DNA of 64,000 nt from positions 207,641 through 271,640 of the forward strand of contig CAVNZM010000009.1 of NCBI GenBank assembly GCA_963693365.1, written 5' to 3'. The notes beneath the pieces are model-generated. The model was not told the DNA's origin. It made no database searches and was given only the letters and a program-made list of their open reading frames with translations. The position numbers and the translations under genes are program-made. Source of the stretch: Amoebidium appalachense. Taxonomy: Eukaryota > Protista > Ichthyosporea. Each line of letters opens with the position of its first letter. Positions within the stretch are counted from its first letter, which is position 1. Shown here piece by piece: positions 21,074-32,837 of the stretch.

Positions 21074-23762
21074 CTCCTCTCTCCAGCCTTCACCCACACC
21101 AGCCCATATCAGTGAGTCCCTCAAAAGTGCGCTACGTCTGCATATGTGCATACCGTCCTCCCCCCTCCCCTGCTCTTTCCTTTTCCTTTTTCCTTTTGCG
21201 GGCAAAGAAAAAAGAAGAACCGATGCTGCTAGCAGAATGCCTGCACATTTCCCTGTTGGTTCGGATCACCTTCTCTTGCATCCTGATATTTTCGTGCTCC
21301 CCTAAGTAGAAGCATTTAGACTGCAAAAGTGCACACGAAGTCATGTGTGTAGATATCCCAACATTTCAAACCCGGAAATAAATCGTTGAACCCTCTCATT
21401 CAAACCGCCAACCCCTTCCAGCCCCCCAGACAAGTATGCCAGCACGCTCCAATCAAAAGCACGTGCATGGGTGAGCACGTGATCCATGCGCTATTCGATT
21501 GGCCAGCTGGAGCAGCTGATGCCCTTGGGCGAGGAGGAGCACTATCTGACTGGCCAGCGCCTGTCACGTGCTTTCCCGCAGGTCTTTGCAGCCCCCTACC
21601 AGCCCACCCACTAAGATGTCACTGAGTTCTCCCGCACCGGTGTCAGGTACTGCCAGTACATGCCAAACTGCCCCCCCCCCAAAGCAAAAAAAAAAATCCC
21701 CAATAACCCCCCTCCCCCCTCCCCCCCCTCCCCACAGCCAACAATGCACATCCTCCCCCCCCTCCCCCCTCCCCCCCCCCCCCCCCCCTGCGTCACCAAC
21801 CATGCTCCAGGAAGAAAAAAGACCTGATCTGTTGTGGGCGTAGCCCGTGCGATATATGTACGCCCCTTTTGTTCGCTAGCAGCGCACAACGCCGCTTAGC
21901 CCCCATTCCTCCCCTTTTCAATGACATATGACCCTGCAGATTGGATCATGTGCCCTTTTACTGCCCACGCCACAATCCCCCCCCCCTCCCTCCCCTCATT
22001 TCGCCCCCACCTCCCTCCCCTCACACGCACACACACCGTAAACACACACAAAAAAAAAGAAACAAAGAAAAGAAAAACGAAAAAAAGAAAGAATACCCTA
22101 CCGCTTGCAGCATGTGTAACACACACACTGAAGTACGAGGCACGGCTATCACATTGGATGTGTGCAGCCTCCATACCTTCCATCCCTCCAACCCCCCTCC
22201 TCCTACCCCTCACTCCTGCCAACCACCAATGTCGCCCCTCTTGCTACCCTTCCCACCCAAACCCCCCCCCCTGCCCCCCCTCCCTCCCCCTCCTCCGCCG
22301 CCCCCCCCCCCCCCACCCCCCCCATCTTCCCACCCAGCTAACAGCCCACATCAGTGCACAGGTCGTTGCATACGGGCTATTTAAAGGCAAGGGCCATCTT
22401 GGGGATGGGAGGTACCAGCCCGTTGATGCGTACAGCGAGAGCAGAGACCGTGACGTCATGATCCTGTTCTACGACATGTGCCCGGCATACACATATCTGC
22501 ATAGCGGCACACTGGATCCACAGGCAAAGGGTGGGTGGGCCTTGTGATAGGCATGTTCTCTTTTTTGTGGTGTGGGTTGGTTGTCTTTGTGGCAGCCCGG
22601 AGGAGGGGGATGTTTGTGTGTAGGGTTGTGTGGTGATAGCAATGGTGGTTTGAGAGTGACAGGGGGGGGGGGGGGGGGGGGGGGGATTTTGGTTACTCTG
22701 TGTGTGTGAATGTGTGTTAGCGGCGGTCGGCAGGTGGTTAAGTGCTTGTGTGTGGGCAGCCAAATGAGCTGGTGGGGCTTTCACAAGCAAGGAAGGTACG
22801 TGGTGTGGTGCTGTAATCTATGCCCGGCACTAGTCTAAGCAGTGTATTCCCACCCTTAGATGACAAAATGCTGCACGAGCAGGAGGCCTTCAAGACTGGC
22901 CTCTTGATGACGTCGCTGGCCCACAACATGACCCTGGCCCTGGGCCTGGAGGGGTTCTACAACATCACAAGGACGTACGTGTGGGTGTGTGTGTGTGGTG
23001 TGTGTATGTGGAGAGGGGGGGGGGGGGGCGGGGAGGGGGTTTTGACTTTTTTTGTTATGCCTATGCCATGACAGCGCTCAGAAAATGTGGTGGGGGGGTG
23101 GACTATAAGGGGCAGGGCAGATTATTAGTCGGAGTGGGAGGCATGAAAGGGATTGGTGCATAGGGCTGGGATGAGAAAGGAGTCCTTTTGGGATATGAGG
23201 GTGAAGCCCATGAAAAGAACTTATATATGGCCACTGGACCGGTGCCGCGCCAAAAAAAAAGGATTGGGGACGGGGTGGAGGGGGGGGGGGGAGAGGGGGG
23301 GGGGGGGGGGGGGGGAGGTGGGTGGGGGGTGGGGGGGGGGGAAGGGGCGAGGTTTCAGTGCAGGGACACGGGTCGTGCATGCACACACTTGTTCTCAATG
23401 TAGGTGTGCCTGTGGGGTTGATGACGTCAGCAAGATGGAGGTGACATGAGAGGAAGACGGGAGGACTCGTATGCATACGGGAGGAAAGGGCGGGTGGCGG
23501 AGAGGGGGAGTGCATGCGTATATTGGGGGAGAGCCTCAGGGGGGGGGGAGGGGGAGAGGCCGCACTAGGCCAACAGTCGGCACACGGCCAGTTGGCAGTC
23601 GGCCTGAGAGGAATGGCCAGCAATCACCCTCACTCACCATCATAGTTCAGTTCCCCCCCTACTCCCCCCCCCCCCCCCCCCACACGCACACATGCACCCA
23701 CACCCACCCACCCACACAGGCACACACGCATGCACGCACACACCCACACACACCCACACACA

Positions 23763-23803
<41 letters not shown>

Positions 23804-23823
23804 ACACACACACACATACACAA

Positions 23824-23881
<58 letters not shown>

Positions 23882-23998
23882 CTCACGGCCGTGTGTCGTG
23901 CCTGTGCCTTTGACAGCCTAATGGACCGCAACACCAGTGAGTGGTGCACCCTACTGGGCCTAGCGGGCATGCAGATACTCGACTACTATGAGGGTATG

Positions 23999-24043
<45 letters not shown>

Positions 24044-26061
24044 AAAAAAAAAAAAGAAACAGTGTTGTAGCTAAATGGCATATGATGTGCCTCTGTTGCT
24101 CGAAAAATACACCTGAATGACCCGTATTCTTACCCCCCCCCCCCCCCCTCCCCCATCACTTCCCACCCCCCAATTGAACTTACCACCACCATGTATCCTA
24201 CACCAGGGGGACCTGGGCCTTTCCTGCCCACAGAACCCCCCCCCCTCTTCCCCCCCCCCCCCCTCCCTCCCCCCACCCACACTCCCCTCCACCATTCTCC
24301 CCCCCCCCCCTCCCCCCATCCTCCCTAACCCCCTCCCCCTCCCTCTCCCCCCCCCCCCCCCCCCCTCCCCCCCCCAGCGAGTCCTTCCCCCAGCCCCCTC
24401 ACAAGCCCCCTAAATATAGCCACTTATGAATGCCTTTACACTCATCCACTGCCCTTAAACCCTTGGACCTGCATTCATGTGCATACACCACAGCACTTGC
24501 CCAACACGATGAAAGGTGGACACAGAGAAGCTTTAGACCTTTCTAGTTGGCACCAGTCACCACTACCACACAGACACCCACTCACCCTACACCCACTCCC
24601 CCCAGACCTCAAGCAGTACTATAAGCTCTCCTACCCCCATCCAATCAACTATCAGATTGCCTGCCCTCTTCTCTCCTCTATGATCCAAAACATGGACGCC
24701 AAAATCGGTAAATTCACTGTGTGGCCCTGAAACTCACAGCTCTTCTCCCCCCCCCCCCTCCCCCCCGCCCCTCCCTCCGGCCCGTCCCCCCCCCCCCCCC
24801 CCCCCCCTCCCTCCCGCCCTCTCCGCCTCTCCCCTTTCTTCCCTCCCACACACCCCTTCCTCCCGTCCTCCCCACCTTCTCTCCCCCCTACTTGTTACCC
24901 CCCCCTTCTTACGTTCATCCTCTTTTGATGACGGAGAACCACCAATGATAATCTGTTACCTTTCTCCCCGAAGAGTTATATAAACCCCCTCCTGACCGGC
25001 CCAAACTTCTTCCCCCCCCCCCACCCCCCCCCCCCACCCCCTTCCCCTTTCTCCCTTCCCCGTCATTCTCCCCTCCTCCCCCACCCTACTCACTCATTAA
25101 AATATTCCCACCCACCCACTCACAGCCAACACCACCGATCGTCGAGCCAGCCTCCGCTTTGCACATGCAGAGGCCCTCCTGCCCCTCCTCACCCTCCTAG
25201 GCCTAGACAGACAGGCACACAACCTCACGGCCAGGGTCACCCTCCCAGACATCAATGCACGTGTTTGCCGCACGAGCACTATCAGCCCATTGGCTGCCAA
25301 TGTCATGCTGGTGCTGTACACGTGTGAGAAAGGTATGTAGAGGCCCAAATTCAATTCTCAATCCCCTCCCCCCTCCCCTCCCCCCCCCCTCCCGGCCGCC
25401 GGAGCCTAATTTATGCATGAACAACAGTCTCCCCCTCCCCTATCCCTTCCCCCCTCCTCTCTCCTCCCACTCCCCGGCCTTCACGTCCAGCCATATAGGG
25501 TCAACACACATGCACACACACACGCACACACACGTGTACACACCCAAGCACATGCCCACACGCACATGCACACACAGGCCAGACAAGCAGACACACGCAA
25601 GCAGACACACAATTGCGCACGCATGCAAGCACACACACACACACAAGCACAAGCACATACGCACGCGCACACGCGCACACACACAGATAAACACAAAACC
25701 GCACGGAGAGGGAGGGGAAGAGGAGGGAAGGGGGTGGGGAGGGGGGGGGGGGGGGGGGGAGGGGGGGGGGGGGGAACAGAGAGAGAAAGAGACTGGAGTA
25801 TCTCGCCACACAAGCTACCAACTTTTGCACGGATTTAAGTAGATTGGGGGTATTATTGGCAAACAGCCCCCAAAAATAACCACGAATTTAGTTGGATACA
25901 GTCGTCATACTTTCGTACTTCCACCGGATTTCTTTTTAATTTTTTTTTCCATAAAGGCGGCGTATGCTACTACCAGGCCTTCTATATTTGCACGAGTTCA
26001 ACCCGAGGCACATATGAACACCAAAACCAGCACACCGGTGCATGCATGCCCCTCCCCAGTA

Positions 26062-26111
<50 letters not shown>

Positions 26112-26691
26112 CCCCCCCCCCCCCCCCCTCCCCCTCCCCCCCCGTCCGCCCCCCTCCTAAACCACCACCACCACCACCGCATACACATCCGCTCATACAA
26201 AGAAGAACCGCCCGTCTACACACCCACATCCCCACCTAAAACCTTCACAGGTTTGGTTGCTTCCGGCCAGACAATCCATAGTGTTGCACAAATGCACTCA
26301 CGTGTGCACACCTTCACTGCCTTGCACCCCATCAACCCACACGCTAACTTTAACGCACCAGCCAATAGACTCACACCTTTAAAAATTATAACTTTCAGGA
26401 GAGCCAATGGTCAAGCTCCTCCACAACGAGAAAGAACGCATCCTACCGGGCTGCAGTGACATCTACTGCCCATACAGCACATTCAGAGCAACATATCAAG
26501 CCACCGTCGCTAACTGCAATTTTACGCAAATATGCACCGCAAACATAAACGGGAACGGGGGTGAAAATTCAACCAACAGCACAGGATATGCATCCAGTGG
26601 CCACCTATTGCAGCCAATCAGCACACTTCATTTACATTTGGGGGTGCTGGTGCTGGTGGGGTTGTTGGGGCGTGCCTTCATGCATATGTAG
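19465..26691 (+). pseudogene. MINPP1: MINPP1-like clade-2 histidine acid phosphatase/phytase, disrupted; signal peptide and C-terminal GPI/TM-like tail
   Basis: Exons ~19465-19643, 20649-20724 (RHGSRQP catalytic motif), 21430-21646, 22355-22530, 22860-~22978, 23882-23993, 24606-24707, 25126-25332 (FAHAE motif), 26399-26691. Exon 1 needs two 1-nt corrections to read LGTKTPY...PDTC. Exon 3 has in-frame TGA (21480-21482) and TAA (21612-21614). Confidence 0.8.
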
Positions 26692-28440
26692 ACTGCAATT
26701 AGAGGTGCATGCGGGGTTTTAGCCACTACGAGACGCAACTTAGCGTAAATGGGTTAGTTTTGCGTTTTCTTGTTTTTAAGGTTTACCGGTACCGCGGAAG
26801 TGTGATGGTTTTGTCGTGCTGACAGGAATTAAGGTGCATGGTGTGTGCACGTGCCGGTCCCAAATGAATAAATTTACTCTGCACGGTGTGCCGTACGGTA
26901 TACATCCTTGCTTTGCAATCTATCGCCTATGTATGGTCATGTCGACTTGTACAAACCCCGCACATGTGCACACACACACCAGAGAACACACCAATAATGC
27001 ATACATCTCATACCTAGTAACTAAAGTTATGTTGGGCCATGCTTGACAGACTCGCACATATCATGGGTTAAACCCTCAAGTGTTGTGGCATGTTGCAATG
27101 AACACCATGTGTATCAACACGTGCAATGCACGTGATGTGACAAAAGCACAAGCCTAATCGAGCTATTATGATACTTAGGTGTCGTGACCCAAACGAGTCA
27201 TCCGCAAGCAACATTGAATGAGGCACACACAATACTAATATTGCAAACTCAAAGGCATACTCACCCCACATGTGTGTTTGTGTGGCACACACAATATTAA
27301 GACAAAATATGTAATGCAAAACTTGTTCAGGTACACACACAGTACATGTGTACTGCACACGATGAACAGCAAACATATAGTCTTGTCTTTCATGCCGTAC
27401 CGTAATACACATGTCTCTGCCTAACCAGACACCGTGTAAGCAGGCACACGACTCGGTCCACGTGTACCGAGTGTTATGAAATTCTTAGCATATATATATA
27501 TATGTTTGCCTGAGTCGCACGGTCAAAACCCCTCCCCCCCCAATTTGTCAACACGTGTACACTCTGTACATCACGGCACAATTCTATAAAACCAACAAAA
27601 AGTAGGAATATAGGATTATTGCTTGTGAGAGGGGAACAACAACAACAACAACAAAACGTTTAGACACATTATGTATTTGCCACGGAAAATACATCATGAT
27701 ACAAACTGAAAATTCCCTTTTGCTTGTGGACTGTGCAGGCATGGTGCAAAACATTCACTTATCACCACAACAACACAATGTACGACTGGCACACAAGCAA
27801 CAACAGCCTTGTTTGAGCAAACCCCTGCAGGGTCACATATGCCCGTCAGGGGCAGCCCGCTCCCACAAACAACATGAACAGTGCCCATGTACAGTGTGCG
27901 GGAGGGGATGGGGTAATTGCTTCTGCTTGTGATTTGTGTGTAGTTGGGCGCACTGAATTCCCACATGTGTGTGTTTCTGTGTTCGTTACTGTGAACTGAA
28001 GGCCTACGAACGACAGATTGAAGGATATGGTGAGGGCCAAAAACAAAAAACAAACAAAAATCATATGTAGCCACAAAACAAACATGTTCTCTGTGATGCA
28101 TGGACAGCTGAACACGGAACACACGGTACAAATGCAACAACACACACATACGGCCTACAGAAAGAAACACAAACACAAGATGGGACGGGCAGTGTGGTAT
28201 AATGTGATGTGAGCTGTAAAGTAATGTGTGTACAGGTACAAGGTATAACGGAGCATGCATGCATGCAGGAGGACAATCAACACAGTCAAGGTACAGCATG
28301 AGGTGTCAGAGAACAAAGCAGGTTCATGTGGTTGGGCGTAAGGCGATGGGTGAGGAGGTGGAACGGCAAATGCATTTCCTCCTCCGCAAAATGACACGAC
28401 ACATGTATGGCCTTCATGCCGAGACGTCCTACGAATTTAT

Positions 28441-30146
28441 TTACTCGTTAATCGTCACCTCAACCTCCACACCGGGTGAGATGTTGATGGACGTCTGTGT
28501 GTCGTGTGTATGTGTTTGTGGGATGTGGATGCATACACAAACAGGTGATGAAAACAAGAGAACAGCACAAAGGACAAGATGTGTGTGCTTGCAAGTATGT
28601 GCACATACATGTGTAAGGGCAAGTGGCGCACAGACGTGTGCATGTAGTGTGTGTGTGTGGTGTGAAACGGAGAGGAAATGATGCAGCGTGTATGTGTATG
28701 TGTATGTGTAGACGTGTGAAAAGGCGGACCGGGGAAGAAGAGGAAAGGAGGAAAGGAGGAAGACAGCCTGTTAGCATCTGTATGCCACCTGTTTGTTGCC
28801 CCACCGTGCACAGGCGAGTGCGAGTCAGTGACCATAGGTTTCTAATCAAAGAAGAACTCAGAGAGCTGGGTTAGAGCAAATTTGGTCATCATTTCACACA
28901 CCAGAGCAACCATTTACTCACGTCCCCCCCCCCCCCCCCAAAAAAAAACAACAAACAAACAAAAAAGAATACCGATTTTCCTCCCAACGAGCACATCCTC
29001 CCTCCCCACTTCTTCCCGTCCACAACAACCCCCCTCCCCCAGGTAAATCATCCACCCCATTCCAACATGCCCATTATCCCCCATGGGACACGTACGATCT
29101 GCTTGACGACCTCGGCGGGGCTGTGCAGGTCGATGAGGCGCTTGTGGATGCGCATCTCAAAGCGGTCCCAGGTCTTGGAACCCTCACCGCAGGGCGTCTT
29201 GCGCGTGGTGATGCGCAGCGTCTTGGTGGGGATGCGCACGGGCCCCTTGACCGTGAGCTTCTTGTCCTTGGCACCCTGGATCAGGTCCGAGCACACTGCC
29301 CAGCCCATCCCGTGGTCAGAAAACGAGTACGAGCACAGATGCCATGTGTGCACTAGAACACACCCAGCTACAAGTCCGTGCACTACTACACACACTAACA
29401 CACGTGGTAAGAAACCACGTGGCACAGGTGCAAAGGGTGAGCCCGATGCACTGCCCCCCATCTGAAAGCCCTGAAACAACCTCCTGACCATCATGCCTAT
29501 CGTCCAAAAAGTTTGCCATAAAAAAAAAGTTTAATTCTCCTGACCAGAAAAATGGGTGGTCGAGCTACGCAACTAAAGGTTGACGCTGGCAGTGAAACCG
29601 GAACTTCCTGAATGTCAACAAACAAGCAAGCACACGCCCGATGGGCCGCAAAAATAGACATGTAAGCACGCGTGCGTGTTGCCTGATCACGTGAGCGTAC
29701 GATCAACTCCTCCTGCCTGCTCATGCCCGTTTCGGAAGTGATGACCAGACATGCCTGAATGGGACACAGGTGTGCCTACGTGCAAGCTCGCCAGGGCTTC
29801 GAGTATGTCCGTGTGTGTGCTAACGGTGCACTAACCTTGCACACATCTGAAATGATACATATGTTTAAACAACAGGACAACACCGACGCTCGCACATATA
29901 CGTAACCACCCTAAAACTTCCCGACTGAAATTTTGTCACAGTTGCGTTGAAAAGGGGAAAGCCCCTGGCCCGTGTCGAAACAATTAACCAGCGGCTTGCA
30001 CGGTTGACCTCCCCACCTGCACGTACAAGCACAAACACACACTCACCCTTCTCCAGACTCTGGACATTGCGGCTGCTGAGAGTGATGCGAATCTTGTGGA
30101 TCTTCGCAGTCTCCTCCTGCCCGTAGGCCTTCTTTTCCAGCGACAT
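28441..30146 (-). CDS. RPS20: 40S ribosomal protein S20 (uS10)
   Basis: Exons 30146-30047, 29295-29096 and 28494-28441 give MSLEKK...[18 protein letters not shown]|[67 protein letters not shown]|[17 protein letters not shown]. Confidence 0.97.
28818..28899 (-). ncRNA. Box C/D snoRNA (snR69-like), copy in RPS20 last intron
   Basis: Reverse complement is essentially identical to 12429-12510 (boxes C, D', D and the AACCCAGCTC guide; terminal stem GTGTGA/TCGCAC with one G-U). Sense to RPS20, and ribosomal protein introns are typical snoRNA hosts. Confidence 0.85.
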
Positions 30147-30764
30147 GGTGGCGTTGCTATCTGCCCCCCACCCAGCACATAAGAACACAACCGGCAAAAG
30201 GACTCACCACTCATGCAGCGTTTTGATATGTCCCAAGCCTGTCCAGCAGTCACACCAGCTCGAGGAAAAACGGTGAAAAAAAAGGCGTCTTCGCCCCTCC
30301 TCTATACCATATTAACCACCCCTAATACAACTGGTTTCGAAGTGTCAAAACATCTGCCTTACACTAAAAAGACACCTGTGGTGGACATTCGAATCCCCAC
30401 CCTTCCTCCGTCGAGCTGTGCTGTATTCCCTTTTCCCACGTGGCTATCTGTTATGGTCGGCGCCAGCAAGGTAATTCAACCAACACTGCTCCTACCCAAT
30501 ATGTCCCTCCATCTCCATCACTGTCGTCAAGTTCACATGCGTTGTTGGGCTTTCCCCCGGGCGAACGACACCTGCCATTCCTCGATTTTGGCACCTCATA
30601 TCTTTCGAAATAGCTATCCCCCTGCTACAATATCCATGTTGCCGTGACCGCCAAAGCCTCTCCTACCGCACTCCTACCCTACCCGCATTTCGCCTGTCTC
30701 ATCCCTACATTTAAAACACCACTCCCACGCCCCATTTCTTCCTTGGCACCGACCTGGAGCCACA

Positions 30765-30785
30765 CTTGGAAGGTGCAGAGAGAGC
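30765..30785 (-). promoter_or_regulatory. Possible pyrimidine-rich (5'TOP-like) transcription start of RPS20
   Basis: Minus strand reads CTCTCTCTGCACCTTCC followed by a CAG|GTCGGT donor. A CCAAT element (AGCCAATCAG) and TGACGTCA lie upstream near 30850-30900. Inference only. Confidence 0.35.
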
Positions 30786-31409
30786 GCACACAGGCCGGGC
30801 CTGTGCGTGATAATCCCATGTGTGACGGCGGAGGAGCCGATCGCAGCTGATTGGCTGAGCGAGACTGCGACAGACTGCGACAGATACCTGCTGTGACGTC
30901 ACAGCCGTTTATAATGAAGGTGCCGGGTGTCTTTGGCGCCACTTTTGCAGTTTTTCGGCATTCCTTGATACGGCTTTTTTGTGGTTTATTGCTTGGTGTT
31001 TTACTTCTTGGTCATGTGTTAGGTGCCTGATAAGTAGCTTTGGGGCGTGGAGCGTCGGTCAGCCTGCGCTGCTGAGCTAGCGTACATATTATCGATCATC
31101 GATTGTCAACCTTGCCTTAGAAAGAATGTTTCTGGAGTCAACCATCTGACCATGTTACGAGGTTTTCGTTGGGCAAGGTCACAGAAGGTAGCAAGTTCAA
31201 CAGCAGTCGTGGGTGTTCAGTGGGCCAATTTACCGAGCGTGTAGAAAATAAACTAAAAAAAGGGAATTCTCTGGTGTTTCTGAAAAGCCCTCTTTTAAAT
31301 TTGTTGTGCTGACGACATCATGAATTCATGGCTGCGGAGCATATATATATCGGCACGGTCTTCTGTGTGGAGTGTTCCAGTCACCAAGTGACCCTCGTGG
31401 CAGTTTACC

Positions 31410-31447
<38 letters not shown>

Positions 31448-32837
31448 TTCTCCCCCTCCCCTCCCTTCCCTCCTCCCCCCCCCCCCCACCTTCTCTTCCT
31501 CCCCTTCCCATGCTTCATGACTTAGAATAGAGCATGTGAGCATCCGTCTACCTGGATCCAAAACCCTTTCCGCTACATTCTCAGCAGTGCATTTTATTTG
31601 CAGATATTGCAGCATAACTGGGCCAAGCAGTCGTGCATGCACATAGAGCGGAGTCCGCTCCCCCCTTCCCCCCCCCCCCCCCCCCCCTCCCCCCCTCCTT
31701 CCCCCCCGCGCTGCCCTCACAACTTGACTTCCTCTTCATCCCTCCCCCTCCTCCCCCTCCCCCCCCCCCCCACCTCTCTCGTCTCCTCCAGCCGCGGCCA
31801 AGGTCCTCATTATTCAATCTTGTGAAAACTCTAACTGTTGGCCGGCCTGGTTATACACATCAGAAAAAAAACGGTGTGGTCATTCAGTGCACGGTTACAA
31901 GTACCAAAAACACATTCGGTCTTAAAACGTTGACTCATGCACAGGCGCACCCGCTTTAACACCACAATGTACAGCAACACCCACCCAACTTTATCTCAGC
32001 AACATCGCGACCAACAATCGCAACCCATAGTCACGTCAGTTCCTCGCACGTAACCCCCACCCCCCTCCCCCCTCCCCTTCCCATTCGTGCCAGTGTGCAT
32101 CAGCTGCGGATAGCTATAGGAGTGTTGAGCCATGGGCTCAGGCCGGGCTAACTAAACGGCCCTACAGCAGCACAGGCAGTTAGACGGATTCATAGATACA
32201 GGTCACATGAATTTGTCAATCGGCAGTTAGGAGCTTCATGTTGTTCGTGCAGCGAGCACACAACATCTCAGCTCCCATGTTCTGTGCTCGTGCCTGCCGA
32301 TTCCCTCTCAGGAGTTGAGCAAGCACATTCGTCCTATTTCCGGCAGACACTGCCTACTTGCACCGTCCTCGTTTTTGGTGCAAATGAATAGCGAGTTCTC
32401 AACAACCCCCCCCCCACCCCCGCTTCTTAATTTCCAGCCACACGGCTGCACGGGGGGACCTTGCTGCCGGCACTTCGGTTTTTTCAGCCCATACCTACCG
32501 ACTCCCTCTCCCCACCCACCCACCATCACCGCTCTTCTTCAAGCTTCCGTCACACCTGCCTGTCGCTGACAACACATGTGCACACACGTAAAATCAGCAC
32601 AGCTAACAGCTGTCTCTTATTGCAAAACTTTGATACGTAAACAGGGCCAATATGCATACACCAGGCAACATGCCACTCTTGTTAAAGAAATCAAAGAGAA
32701 AAAAACGAAAGGCAGTCAAGTTACTTCAAAGAGGCCATTGGCACTATTTTACACCTTCTCGCACTATTTACGAACAGCCGCGTATGACTGTCCAACACCA
32801 TTACAATACACTTGTACCCATGTTTCTTACACGTGTC

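Noticed and set aside
21480-21614. Genome-wide stop-codon reassignment
   Set aside because: TGA ends PCYT2 and the RGS gene, TAA ends RPS20 and CMPK1, and no other gene here has internal stops.
29650-29860. Second snoRNA in the RPS20 intron
   Set aside because: GTGATGA...CTGA lies antisense to the host, and the sense strand lacks clear H/ACA or C/D boxes.
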